Of a DNA stretch of 64,000 nucleotides, positions 16,640 through 25,631 are shown piece after piece; positions within the stretch are counted from its first letter, which is position 1; every line of letters begins with the position of its first letter. The stretch lies in NCBI GenBank assembly GCA_014879535.1, contig JACSRX010000029.1:17902-81901 (forward strand). Reading direction: 5' to 3'. A program made the position numbers and the translations under genes. The notes below the pieces were generated by a model. The model worked only from the letters and a program-made list of their open reading frames with translations, had not been told where the DNA came from and did not search any database. This DNA is from Chthoniobacterales bacterium. Its GTDB lineage: Bacteria; Verrucomicrobiota; Verrucomicrobiia; Chthoniobacterales; JACTMZ01.

Positions 16640-18138
16640 CCGCTCCCCTTTCCTCCCGAGGCGGCCTCAGCGGCTGCCAATACCTGACGGGCGAAGTTTT
16701 CGCAGCCGAAGTTTGCCACGATCTTGCGGGATTGTTTTCCCATCTCCCATCTTCCATCTCCCATCTCCACGATGCGCCTGAGCGCCTCGGCCAGCGCCTC
16801 CACGGAGGTCGGGTCGAACAGGAAGCCATTGGAGCGCGGCTCGAAGGAGTTTTCAGTGTTCAGTTTGCAGTTTTCAGCCACCGGCCCGCTTCCCGGAAGC
16901 AAGTCTTCCGCACATCCTGCCGTGCGGGAGACAATGACGGGAAGCGAGCATGCCATCGCCTCGTTCACCACCAGACCCCACTCCTCGTAGAGACTTGGAA
17001 GAACAAAAGCCTCGGCCAGCGCGTAGAAGATCGGGTTCTCGTCAAGCTGGCGGAAACCGTAGAAGAAGATCGCGCCGCGATCTTCTTGGTTGAGAGAAGA
17101 CCTCTCCTCTCCGCCTGGATTTCCGCTTTTCCATCCCCGCCGGTCAACCACCTCCAGTCCGAGCGATCTGGCTTGCGCCTCAAGCTCGCACTCCAGCTCT
17201 CCGCTTCCGACAAAAACCAGCGCCGGAACGAGGTGACGAGTCGCGAGTGACCGGTTGCTGCCAACAACATCCGAACCCTCACCCTGAGGAGGCGATGCGG
17301 CGGCTCCTGTTCCTTCGACCTTTAACCCGCCACCCTTTACTTCAACGCTTGCACGCGCGAACCGCGCGTAGGCCTCGACAAGCGTTGAAAGATTCTTCTT
17401 CGGCACCATGCGTCCGAGATTGAGGAAGTAGCGTTCGGGCAGGCCGCAAGCAGAGCGGGGGCCCTGCTTGGTTGAGTGCTGAGAGTTCAGGGTTGAGAGA
17501 TGTTTGGCGTCGTGCTCCATCCGGAGCGCTTCATCCGCACGAGCGGAAAAGAAGCCGTTGTCCACCGCATCGTAGCCCGTAAAAATCTTTCCCTCTGGAA
17601 TTCCCAGTGCGGAGAAGTGCCGCTTGTGGGGTGCGCCTCCCACGAAGGCGGCATCGAATTGCTTCACGATCTGTCGTTTGATCCATTTCTTGCAGCCCGC
17701 GGCCTTTTCCGTGCCGGCGTGGCTTTCGTTCATCATGACGGTTCTCAAGCCGAGCGACTTCGCAGCGGCGAAAAGCGCGAAATACCGCGCCGGGGAGTAG
17801 CTCGGCACAAAGACGACACCGACCCCCTCGTGCTTGAAAAGATTTCTCGCCCTGAAGAAGACTTCAACCGAGGAAGCCGTTTCCTCGATGCCCTCGCATA
17901 GTGTGCGCAAATCGTTACACCTTTTACCGTTTACCTTTGACTCGTTGCCTTCTTTCCACGCGTAAGTGCTCGTTGCATCCGCAATCTGCACAGGAATGAC
18001 TTTCGCTCGATGCTCCATGCTCGATGCCCCATGCTCTCGCCCGGCCCGCTGCAGAGCCGCGACCCGCGCGTGATGGTAGGGACCAAACTGCCCGAAGCAG
18101 ATCGCTAGTGTCTGGCTGCTATGGTCCGAACTCGCCAC
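16633..18138 (-). CDS. GT4-family glycosyltransferase carrying multiple short low-complexity insertions
   Basis: C-terminal GT-B motif LPSLYEEWGLVVNEAMACSLPVIVSRTAGCAEDLL. At 501 aa it is longer than typical GT4 enzymes. The extra segments coincide with heptad-repeat DNA modules (see the repeat features). Confidence 0.8.
   Translation of the reverse strand: MASSDHSSQTLAICFGQFGPYHHARVAALQRAGREHGASSMEHRAKVIPVQIADATSTYAWKEGNESKVNGKRCNDLRTLCEGIEETASSVEVFFRARNLFKHEGVGVVFVPSYSPARYFALFAAAKSLGLRTVMMNESHAGTEKAAGCKKWIKRQIVKQFDAAFVGGAPHKRHFSALGIPEGKIFTGYDAVDNGFFSARADEALRMEHDAKHLSTLNSQHSTKQGPRSACGLPERYFLNLGRMVPKKNLSTLVEAYARFARASVEVKGGGLKVEGTGAAASPPQGEGSDVVGSNRSLATRHLVPALVFVGSGELECELEAQARSLGLEVVDRRGWKSGNPGGEERSSLNQEDRGAIFFYGFRQLDENPIFYALAEAFVLPSLYEEWGLVVNEAMACSLPVIVSRTAGCAEDLLPGSGPVAENCKLNTENSFEPRSNGFLFDPTSVEALAEALRRIVEMGDGRWEMGKQSRKIVANFGCENFARQVLAAAEAASGGKGSGC
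16740..16767. repeat. Imperfect heptanucleotide module (4 x 7 nt)
   Basis: CCATCTC CCATCTT CCATCTC CCATCTC. Lies inside the GT4 CDS and encodes ..EMGDGRWEMG.. Confidence 0.9.
16851..16878. repeat. Imperfect heptanucleotide module (4 x 7 nt), TTCAGT family
   Basis: TTTCAGT GTTCAGT TTGCAGT TTTCAGC. Lies inside the GT4 CDS and encodes ..AENCKLNTENS.. Confidence 0.9.
17225..17252. repeat. Imperfect heptanucleotide module (4 x 7 nt), GTGAC family
   Basis: GGAACGA GGTGACG AGTCGCG AGTGACC. Lies inside the GT4 CDS (..RSLATRHLVP..). Confidence 0.8.
17318..17345. repeat. Imperfect heptanucleotide module (4 x 7 nt)
   Basis: ACCTTTA ACCCGCC ACCCTTT ACTTCAA. Lies inside the GT4 CDS (..VEVKGGGLKVEG..). 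Confidence 0.75.
17470..17497. repeat. Imperfect heptanucleotide module (4 x 7 nt)
   Basis: GGTTGAG TGCTGAG AGTTCAG GGTTGAG. Lies inside the GT4 CDS (..LSTLNSQHST..). Confidence 0.85.
17914..17941. repeat. Imperfect heptanucleotide module (4 x 7 nt)
   Basis: GTTACAC CTTTTAC CGTTTAC CTTTGAC. Lies inside the GT4 CDS (..SKVNGKRCN..). Confidence 0.85.
18005..18039. repeat. Imperfect heptanucleotide module (5 x 7 nt)
   Basis: GCTCGAT GCTCCAT GCTCGAT GCCCCAT GCTCTCG. Lies inside the GT4 CDS (..EHGASSMEHRA..). Confidence 0.9.
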
Positions 18139-18202
18139 TTGTTTGCCCTCGGCTTTGCCTCAACGCTGTCTTCGTCCCGCAGGAGCGGGACTCCGGCTCT
18201 TT

Positions 18203-18237
18203 TCACGCGTCACAATCCACTCGTCACAGCGCTCACT
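18203..18237. repeat. Imperfect heptanucleotide module, TCAC/GTGAC family
   Basis: TCACGCG TCACAAT CCACTCG TCACAGC GCTCACT. Intergenic, between the FkbM stop and the GT4 start. Confidence 0.8.
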
Positions 18238-18273
18238 GCGCGCTCGGTCCAAACTGCCCGCAATAGGTCACTC

Positions 18274-18301
18274 TTAAAACTTAAATCTGAACACTTCAAA
18301 C
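18274..18301. repeat. Imperfect heptanucleotide module (4 x 7 nt)
   Basis: TTAAAAC TTAAATC TGAACAC TTCAAAC. It spans the FkbM stop codon (18296-18298). Confidence 0.85.
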
Positions 18302-19024
18302 TCCCGCAGCGCCAGCTGCGGGCCTCGGCACTGCGTGCATCCATCGCATTTTGTAAGCCCTGCCCTCGTCCAACCGGCGTCTCACGGGAGGGAGCAATGA
18401 GCAGGCCAGCTTCCACCACGGCGAACACACATCCTCGAGACTCCGTGATCCTTTGGCCCAGATCAGTTCCACCGCGTGGGTCCTGCGGAACATCTCGGCC
18501 AAGGCGTCCCCCGGTTCGCGCGATTCGCTTTCATGCAATTCGACCAAAAGCTCGGCATGACCCAGCAGGGGCAATGTTTCCTCGTTGAGCAGGTCGAACT
18601 CCCCGCCCTCGATGTCCATGAGGATGAATATGGGCTCCTTCCCAGCCTCCCCCAAAAGCCGACGAAACTCCGCCGGGTCGCAAAATCCCCTCAAGTCGCA
18701 GCGCGAGGCCACGCCGTTCCTCTCAGCTGACCGCCTGATGCGATGTCGCCATTCCTCCTTGGCCTCATATGCGATCACTCGGACCCCGGGCACCGCCCTT
18801 GCGAAGGCCGAAACGTAAAACCCCTCTGCCGCACCGATGTCTACGAATAGCGCGGGCCTGTTGCGCATCGCCCTTTCGAAGGCCCGGTAGGTCTCCATCT
18901 CGTAAGTTCCGGCGAGCTTGGCCACGACGCCGTCCCCGGTTCCGGTCAATGAACAAAGAGTTCCACAAAACGGACCTGAGGACACCCGCCACGGCACGAC
19001 GTTAGCAAAAGATTTCAGAGTCAT
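18296..19024 (-). CDS. FkbM-family SAM-dependent methyltransferase
   Basis: FVDIGAAEGFYVSAFARAVPGVRVIAYE and ILMDIEGGEFDLL motifs. Start set at ATG 19024 to avoid a 38-nt overlap with the wzy-like gene; 19075 is the alternative. Confidence 0.7.
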   Translation of the reverse strand: MTLKSFANVVPWRVSSGPFCGTLCSLTGTGDGVVAKLAGTYEMETYRAFERAMRNRPALFVDIGAAEGFYVSAFARAVPGVRVIAYEAKEEWRHRIRRSAERNGVASRCDLRGFCDPAEFRRLLGEAGKEPIFILMDIEGGEFDLLNEETLPLLGHAELLVELHESESREPGDALAEMFRRTHAVELIWAKGSRSLEDVCSPWWKLACSLLPPVRRRLDEGRAYKMRWMHAVPRPAAGAAGV

Positions 19025-19037
19025 TACGGTGCCAATC

Positions 19038-20480
19038 TCACCCTCCACCTCTGGATGCAGGCGCAGCAATCTCATTACAGTTGGCCATGCCGAGCTTTGG
19101 ACTTCTCGCTCGCAGTAGCTGCCGCTTTTGGTGGCGCCGGAAGAACCACGCTAATGCGAGAATTGGAATCATCGCATACATCATTTGATAAAAATACTGC
19201 CAAAGAAAGAAGCGTGTCAAAAACATGGCATTCACAGTGATAATCCCGACCATCAGATACCGCAGGTAGCCGCGCGGCATAGTTAGAATGAACCAGTCGA
19301 GCAAACTGATTAGGAAACCCAATACCAGCATGCTCAAGAGCATCCATACAAGTCCACCGTCAAGCAGGAAGAAGCCAGCCACTCCAGGAGAATATGGTGC
19401 CCCACGCAGGAACCGAAGATCTTGTGTCACTCCTCGAGGAGGCTTTCCGGACCACAGCGTCCGCGGAATAAGGTGCAAAGGCACGTAGGCCCATGACCAT
19501 ACATAGGGATAGAAGGAGGGTTCCGCGGCTTTGGCTGCTGCAAAGGTGTCAAAAATGTTCATATCGCCGTTCGACCTGTAGAAGTTCCAGTAGGCTTCGC
19601 TCAAAGTTTGTTCCTCTGCCACTTGTTCCAACACGCTCTCTTCTTGAAACTCCTCGTTTTGAACACCTCGCGCTTGCCCCAGATGCTGGAAGAACGGCTG
19701 AAGAATCACAACAGGCAGAATCAGCCATGCGTAGCCCGCTCGTCCCCTGAGTTCCATGATCACTGTAAGTCCGGCGACCATCAACCCGGCGACGTAGAAT
19801 CCGCGGAACAGAGTTACGTCGCGCATTAGCCACGTGAAGTAAAGCAGCATCAAGCCCGAAACGCTGAGAAGAGCAAGATTCACAGCATCCCTGCGCTGCA
19901 TGTAGCGCTGAAGGATCACGAGGACGCCCATAATGTGGATGGCTTGAAGCGGAACTGGAAGATCGTAAAAATATGCTCCTGCCGAACTTCCATAAACACC
20001 ACGGCCGATACCCGCAAGACGCAACATTATGGGCAAAGTGATTAGCTGTAGACCTAACAGCAATCCAACCATGTTGTTCGTCACCAATGCTGCTGCCAGT
20101 GGTCGAGCATTGCGAGCGTGGCGACGGGCGAGCTGGCGACGAAAAATGCGTGGCGCTATATCGGCACCTACGGCGAAGCAAAAAGTGGCAGCACTTGCCC
20201 ACCACATTGCGCTGGTCACACTTTCCATGTCTGCCCTAATCAGGAATAGGCGCGTGAATAACGAGTAGTCACTTTGCATCACCATGTAGATCGGCCGAAC
20301 CCCGAAGAACAGGAAGGACATGAAAAGAAATCCGCCGACCCCGGTCACCTGTCCCCGAGATACCTCGCGCACAAGCAGGAGAAGCTGGCTAGCAACAAGG
20401 ACCCAGACCGTTGCGACTGTGCCGCCAACCATGGGGTAAGCGATCACTAGGAGGAATGCGGAGGCGAAAAGGAAGGGCAT
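19038..20480 (-). CDS. Wzy-like polysaccharide polymerase / O-antigen-ligase-like polytopic membrane protein
   Basis: 480 aa with more than 10 TM segments and no soluble domain. It sits in a wzx/GT context and in a visibly AT-richer segment. The function is inferred from context and topology only. Confidence 0.5.
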   Translation of the reverse strand: MPFLFASAFLLVIAYPMVGGTVATVWVLVASQLLLLVREVSRGQVTGVGGFLFMSFLFFGVRPIYMVMQSDYSLFTRLFLIRADMESVTSAMWWASAATFCFAVGADIAPRIFRRQLARRHARNARPLAAALVTNNMVGLLLGLQLITLPIMLRLAGIGRGVYGSSAGAYFYDLPVPLQAIHIMGVLVILQRYMQRRDAVNLALLSVSGLMLLYFTWLMRDVTLFRGFYVAGLMVAGLTVIMELRGRAGYAWLILPVVILQPFFQHLGQARGVQNEEFQEESVLEQVAEEQTLSEAYWNFYRSNGDMNIFDTFAAAKAAEPSFYPYVWSWAYVPLHLIPRTLWSGKPPRGVTQDLRFLRGAPYSPGVAGFFLLDGGLVWMLLSMLVLGFLISLLDWFILTMPRGYLRYLMVGIITVNAMFLTRFFLWQYFYQMMYAMIPILALAWFFRRHQKRQLLRARSPKLGMANCNEIAAPASRGGG

Positions 20481-20488
20481 GGCGGAGA

Positions 20489-20516
20489 GCGCAGACTTCA
20501 GTGTTCAGTTTTCAGT
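20489..20516. repeat. Imperfect heptanucleotide module (4 x 7 nt), TTCAGT family
   Basis: GCGCAGA CTTCAGT GTTCAGT TTTCAGT. It begins 9 nt upstream of the wzy-like start codon (20480). Confidence 0.9.
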
Positions 20517-20625
20517 GGCCGCAAGAAGAGCAACAAATCGCACCGTTGTGGACTTTTTGTGATTCCCCGAGTTATTGCATTACGTGCTCAGTTGGCAGAC
20601 TCGGCGCACGGTGAACAGGAAAATG

Positions 20626-21828
20626 TCAACTTGCCAACGCCAGCAACGCCGGCGCGAGGTGGCGGGGATGGAACTTGTCGGGCACGCGGGCCCCGGCTTT
20701 GAGCCGCGCCAGCAAATCCTGGTCTCGCATGAGGGACATGATGGCTTCGGCGATGGCCTCCGGAGTGACCATGCCCAGCACCAACCCGCTCACACCATGC
20801 TCAACAACCTGGCCACAGTTAGTGGATGCGATTACAGGGAGACCGTGACCGAGTGCCTCCAGTTGGGTCAAACCGAACCCGTCGGACAAGGTTGGAAACA
20901 AGAAGACATCCGATTCGCCATAAAGCTGTTCCGCGGTCGCTCGGTCCACTGCGCCGAGAAAGCGGACGTTGGGCATCGCCCGCACGTCGTCCGGAATATT
21001 CACGCCCACCGGACCCGCGAAGGTGAAATCCACAGGCTCGTTCCTGATGATGCGGATCGCATCAAGCAGCTGCCCTACCCCTTTGCGCAGGATCACGCTG
21101 CCGAGAAACAGTGCGCGCAGACGGCTCGGCGCGCTAGTGACGGGTGACCAGATCCGAGTGACGAGATGATCTCCTGATGACGAGTGACTACTGTCCCACC
21201 CCGGCTCGTAAACCAGCGGGACTTCAACCATCTTGCCGACCGGAACCCCTGCCTCTTCGAGCAATGAGGCCGACCAAGCAGAGTTGACGATGATGCGGTC
21301 CGCCAGTTCGACCTCCCCTCGCCACAGCTGCCAATATGAGGACGGCGGGCGCGACTCGGGCTGTGCAAGACTCTCGTAGCCCTTTGCAGCTTCGGCGACA
21401 ATATCATGCTCCCTTGGCCCCGGATCGATTTGCCCGAGGATTCTGCGTCCATTAAAACTCTGGAATGGCTGTAGGGCCGTGTAGCTGTAGGAGAAAAACA
21501 CGTTGCCAGGCAGCGCGGCCACCTCATCCGCCACCCAACCGCCAAACCAGCTATTCCTTAAAAGAATTGTCTCCCACGGACCTACAAGCTTAAGCCGCAT
21601 CTTTGCATCAAATAGCAATCGACTCAGGGTCCGGCTCCGGACTTTCACGTCCGGCACATCATCACAACGGCGATGAGCCAAAGCGGGATGAATGCCGCTG
21701 GCTAATGCTGCGAGTCGTCTTGAGAGCCACACATCCGTGAGCAAGAAGCCGAGAAGGCCTGCGGAATGCAGAGCTGAGGGAACACTGTAGTGTTCGCGAG
21801 ACCCCAATTGAGCAGATAACCACATCAA
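20626..21828 (-). CDS. GT4-family glycosyltransferase
   Basis: FLFPTLSDGFGLTQLEALGHGLPVIASTNCGQVVEHGVSGLV is the EX7E-type GT4 motif. Confidence 0.8.
   Translation of the reverse strand: MMWLSAQLGSREHYSVPSALHSAGLLGFLLTDVWLSRRLAALASGIHPALAHRRCDDVPDVKVRSRTLSRLLFDAKMRLKLVGPWETILLRNSWFGGWVADEVAALPGNVFFSYSYTALQPFQSFNGRRILGQIDPGPREHDIVAEAAKGYESLAQPESRPPSSYWQLWRGEVELADRIIVNSAWSASLLEEAGVPVGKMVEVPLVYEPGWDSSHSSSGDHLVTRIWSPVTSAPSRLRALFLGSVILRKGVGQLLDAIRIIRNEPVDFTFAGPVGVNIPDDVRAMPNVRFLGAVDRATAEQLYGESDVFLFPTLSDGFGLTQLEALGHGLPVIASTNCGQVVEHGVSGLVLGMVTPEAIAEAIMSLMRDQDLLARLKAGARVPDKFHPRHLAPALLALAS
21135..21190. repeat. Two adjacent heptanucleotide modules, GTGAC family
   Basis: TAGTGAC GGGTGAC CAGATCC GAGTGAC followed by GAGATGA TCTCCTG ATGACGA GTGACTA. 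Lies inside the second GT4 CDS (..SSGDHLVTRIWSPVTS..). Confidence 0.8.
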
Positions 21829-21907
21829 GCAGTCTCAAATGCCATCTTGCGCTCAATGGAGCGCCAAACCACACAAGACAATGACAGATGGATTAAGGTT
21901 TTTCTTG

Positions 21908-23185
21908 TCAACCCCGATAATACTTTTGTGGAGGCCGTGCAACACAGTTTCGTGTGTCCACAACCGGGCACTTGAAATGGCTGAAGTCGAAATCGGTGTA
22001 GGCATCATGGTGTGTGGCGAGGAGGATGCAGTCGTAGGTGTCAGTGATGGCGGCGACCGAGGTCCGGCCGGCATAGGCGGGGTGCTCCCGGGTCATCGGG
22101 ATGACGGGGACTAACGGATCATGATACTGAACTGTGGCGCCCCGGGCTTCAAGAAGCTTCATCAAGGTGTAGCTCGGAGACTCCCGGTCATCGTCCACGT
22201 TGGGCTTGTAAGCGAGACCCAGCAAAAGAATCTTGGATCCCTTGAGAGCCTTGGCATCCTCGTTCAACGCATCTGCCACCTTTTGCACAACATAGTCGGG
22301 CATGGACCGGTTGATCTGTCCGGCGAGTTCGATGAAACGGGTGTGGACCCCGAACTCGCGCGCCTTCCAAGTCAGGTAAAATGGGTCAATCGGGATGCAG
22401 TGACCGCCCAAGCCCGGCCCGGGGTAGAACGGCGTAAATCCGAAAGGCTTGGTGGATGCGGCACGAATGACTTCCCAAATGTCGATGCCCATGCGATCCG
22501 CAACGATCTTCATCTCGTTGGCCAAGCCGATGTTCACCGCACGGTAGATGTTTTCGAGAAGCTTCGAGAGCTCCGCCACCCGCGTGGAAGAAACAGGGAC
22601 CACGGTGTCGAACACGGCTTGGTAAAGCGCCACCCCTTTCGCAAGGCAAGCGGATGTGTGTCCGCCGACGACTTTCGGGATGTTGGTGGCGTGAAATTTC
22701 CGGTTGCCGGGATCTTCGCGCTCTGGCGAATAAACGGCAAAGACGTCCTGCCCGACCTTGAACCCGGCCTTCTGAAGACGCGTGACTAACTCTTCGTCCG
22801 TCGTGCCGGGATACGTGGTGGATTCAAGACTGATCGTCTGGCCCGCGCGAACGTGGGGTAGCATGGCATCGAGCGTGCCGGTGACGTAGGAAAGATCGGG
22901 CTCCAAGTGATGATCGAGCGGCGTCGGGACACATAGGATGATCGCATCGGCCTCGGATACGCGGGAAAAACCAGTGGTGGCATCCAGCTTGCCGGCCGCA
23001 AGAGCCTCCGCGACCTCTGCATCGGGAATGTGCTTGATATAGGAACGACCGTCGAGCAGGGCCGCGGGCTTGGCGGAGTCGATGTCGATGCCGATGCTGG
23101 TGAAGCCCTTGCGGGCATACGCGAGAAGCAGGGGAAGCCCGACGTAGCCGAGCCCGATGATGGCAATGGTGGTGGATGATGGCAT
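21908..23185 (-). CDS. Nucleotide-sugar 6-dehydrogenase (UDP-GlcNAc/ManNAc dehydrogenase-like)
   Basis: N-terminal Rossmann [18 protein letters not shown], catalytic-Cys motif [11 protein letters not shown]. 425 aa, typical of the WecC/WbpA/TviB subgroup. Confidence 0.85.
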   Translation of the reverse strand: MPSSTTIAIIGLGYVGLPLLLAYARKGFTSIGIDIDSAKPAALLDGRSYIKHIPDAEVAEALAAGKLDATTGFSRVSEADAIILCVPTPLDHHLEPDLSYVTGTLDAMLPHVRAGQTISLESTTYPGTTDEELVTRLQKAGFKVGQDVFAVYSPEREDPGNRKFHATNIPKVVGGHTSACLAKGVALYQAVFDTVVPVSSTRVAELSKLLENIYRAVNIGLANEMKIVADRMGIDIWEVIRAASTKPFGFTPFYPGPGLGGHCIPIDPFYLTWKAREFGVHTRFIELAGQINRSMPDYVVQKVADALNEDAKALKGSKILLLGLAYKPNVDDDRESPSYTLMKLLEARGATVQYHDPLVPVIPMTREHPAYAGRTSVAAITDTYDCILLATHHDAYTDFDFSHFKCPVVDTRNCVARPPQKYYRG

Positions 23186-23222
23186 GGCAAAAAAAGGCGA
23201 TGACGCAAAGCCTAAGCGGCTG

Positions 23223-23987
23223 CTATGAACCTAAGCGCGATAGCTGTGTATTTGCTTCGATAACTTGCTGGGAAACAAAAACTGGATTTGTCCGGCGCAA
23301 ATGAGCCTCGCCAGTGATGAATTCATGCTTCTGCTCGTAGATGCCAAAAAGACGATATCCATGCGATTCAAGGAATGCCTTGAGTGCTTCAAAAGGCACG
23401 AAGCAGTTCGTGTGGGGATTCATTCCTGCCTCGACCTGCACAAGGTCGATCCTCTGATCGCCCAACATGCCCACAGATCCCTTCAAGACATCAAGATCTC
23501 CCCCCTCCGTGTCGATTTTTAAGAAGTTAATATGGGGAACTTCATTTGTCCTACAATAGCCATCGATAGTGTCGACGTCCACAGAGTCGATGTCCAGTTC
23601 CGCACTTGTTGCATTGTCTCGCGACTGGCCATCCAAGAAGGAGATGTCTGAAGTGCCTGCCAAGACCATTCTTCCCCGGCCCTTCGTGGCACCAAAAGCC
23701 AACTGGTAACAATCCACACGCGCGTTGCCTTGGAATGTCTGTTTAAGCTCGTTGAATGCCTTGCTTACAGGCTCGAAGCAACGGATGTGAGCCAGCGGAA
23801 ACTCGTCAAGAAACACCCTCGCCGACTGACCTACATTCGCGCCAATGTCAAAGACGCTCTCGATATGGCACTTTGGTAATGAAAAGGCGATGTCTTGAAC
23901 GAAGTCAATGCCGCGGCGGTGCCTACGGACGATGTGAGTATCGGTCAAGCGCTCGACTGTTTTAATAGCTCTTTTTCTCCAACTCAT
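23223..23987 (-). CDS. FkbM-family SAM-dependent methyltransferase
   Basis: [29 protein letters not shown] and [16 protein letters not shown] motifs. AT-richer than the flanks. Confidence 0.8.
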   Translation of the reverse strand: MSWRKRAIKTVERLTDTHIVRRHRRGIDFVQDIAFSLPKCHIESVFDIGANVGQSARVFLDEFPLAHIRCFEPVSKAFNELKQTFQGNARVDCYQLAFGATKGRGRMVLAGTSDISFLDGQSRDNATSAELDIDSVDVDTIDGYCRTNEVPHINFLKIDTEGGDLDVLKGSVGMLGDQRIDLVQVEAGMNPHTNCFVPFEALKAFLESHGYRLFGIYEQKHEFITGEAHLRRTNPVFVSQQVIEANTQLSRLGS

Positions 23988-24046
23988 GGCTCGTGGTGGG
24001 TGTTGCTTGATGTGCGTGGCAGGGCTTCAGTCATCATATTTTTGTT

Positions 24047-25588
24047 TCATGACCGGCTCCGTGACCGGATGAGGGACATCACAACACTGCGAATGACATG
24101 AATTTCATGTCTCCCCCCCGGCAAAATTAGCAGAGTCGCTGAGAAAATGGTTACGAACACGCCGCCGCCAACCGCAACATGCACAGCGACTGCCAAGTGA
24201 CTCCATTGCACCGCGAGGACGCTGGTAATCCCAGCCGCAACAACGCTCGCAATAAATGGCCGTGCAACACCAGCAAAAAAGTCAACCAAACGGACAGGGG
24301 TGCCGAGAAAGGCCCACATGAGAGTAGGGATGGCAGTCACGTAAGTCGCGATAGCGTATCCGGTGGCCACACCGATAACGCCCCACGGAAGTCCAGCCAC
24401 AAAGCCTATGGCGCTACTCATCGTGTTGAAGACACCTATTTGAACATACCGCCGCCCCATCCCTCGACTGAGAACAACAATCCCCCACAATGTGATCACC
24501 GGCTGGATGAGGGCTACAAGGGCCAGAATCGCGAAAATCGGAACGGCGCCGGCCCATGCCACACCCAAGAGGAGTAGCACAATCTCGTCGGACGCGACAA
24601 AGAGAAAAGCCGTCAGGGGCATGGACACCAAAGCAAGCATATGAACAATCTTGCGGTAATACTCGCGAAAAGCCCCAGGCTGATTCTGAAGTCGGCTAAG
24701 TGCCGGGAAGCCCACAGAGCTGATAGGGATGCGGAGGTTGCTTATCGGAAGCATGAGCAGTGCATAAGCGCGGCTGTAAAGCCCCAAGGCATCAGCACCA
24801 ACAAACTTGCCAATAAGCACGTTGTCCAAGTTGCGATGGAAGTAGTTGATGAAGTCGAACGCGGTCACATTCGCTCCGAATTTGACCATTTCAAGGGTTC
24901 CGGCACGAAGACGGAACCACCCTGGACGGAACGGTGAAAGAACGAACAGCAACGCAGTCGTCACGACCGCCATAGATAGGTTTCCCCAGACCAGCGCCCA
25001 ATAGGACCATCCACGCAGGGCAAGAAAAATGGAGACCACGAGCCCCGCGAGAGCGCCAAGGATACCGGGGATGGCGTTTCTCCCAAATTGCATGTTCCGC
25101 ACAAGCAACGCGCCATGCTGACTGCCGAAGCTGCCTATGAGAAAGCTGAACGACAGCGCAATGGTGACCCATAGCAACTCCGGCTTGCCGTAGAACCAGA
25201 CAACAAGCGGCGAGGCGGCGGACACGACAAGCGTGAGCATCCCGCCCACCGCGACATTGAGCCAAAAGAGGTTTGTCTGCTGGGCATGCGTGAGATTCTG
25301 CTTTTGGATCGCCGCGGAAGAAAGGCCAAGATCGCGAAAAACCCCGGCAAAATTCGCCACGGCCATGACCATTGCAATAATCCCGTAATCCGTGGGCGAG
25401 AGCAACCGTGCCAAGGTGACCGTGGAAGTGAGTTGGATGCCAATAGTAAGCCCTTGGCCAACCACCGTCACCAAGCCACCACGCGCTGACTTGCGCTTGA
25501 GGTCGGCTACATCAACGACCGGCCCAAGGACTGTTTCATCGTCAACCCCAGGCTTGTCGCGGGAGAAGTCCTCTGGGGTGTTTTTCAA
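24047..25588 (-). CDS. wzx: Wzx-type (MOP superfamily) polysaccharide flippase
   Basis: 513 aa with about 12-14 TM segments. The N-terminus VVGQGLTIGIQLTSTVTLARLLSPTDYGIIAMV is typical of polysaccharide biosynthesis/export (PST) proteins. Confidence 0.75.
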   Translation of the reverse strand: MKNTPEDFSRDKPGVDDETVLGPVVDVADLKRKSARGGLVTVVGQGLTIGIQLTSTVTLARLLSPTDYGIIAMVMAVANFAGVFRDLGLSSAAIQKQNLTHAQQTNLFWLNVAVGGMLTLVVSAASPLVVWFYGKPELLWVTIALSFSFLIGSFGSQHGALLVRNMQFGRNAIPGILGALAGLVVSIFLALRGWSYWALVWGNLSMAVVTTALLFVLSPFRPGWFRLRAGTLEMVKFGANVTAFDFINYFHRNLDNVLIGKFVGADALGLYSRAYALLMLPISNLRIPISSVGFPALSRLQNQPGAFREYYRKIVHMLALVSMPLTAFLFVASDEIVLLLLGVAWAGAVPIFAILALVALIQPVITLWGIVVLSRGMGRRYVQIGVFNTMSSAIGFVAGLPWGVIGVATGYAIATYVTAIPTLMWAFLGTPVRLVDFFAGVARPFIASVVAAGITSVLAVQWSHLAVAVHVAVGGGVFVTIFSATLLILPGGRHEIHVIRSVVMSLIRSRSRS

Positions 25589-25631
25589 GGTGGCTTTAAT
25601 ATGGTGTTTCTTGGCTTTTTGGCGACCAGCC

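Noticed and set aside
18173-18190. GTCCCGC-AGGA-GCGGGAC hairpin in the FkbM-GT4 spacer as an internal terminator
   Set aside because: A 7-bp stem with no adjacent U-tract on the transcribed (minus) strand. It is more likely a stabilising or processing hairpin, if it is functional at all.
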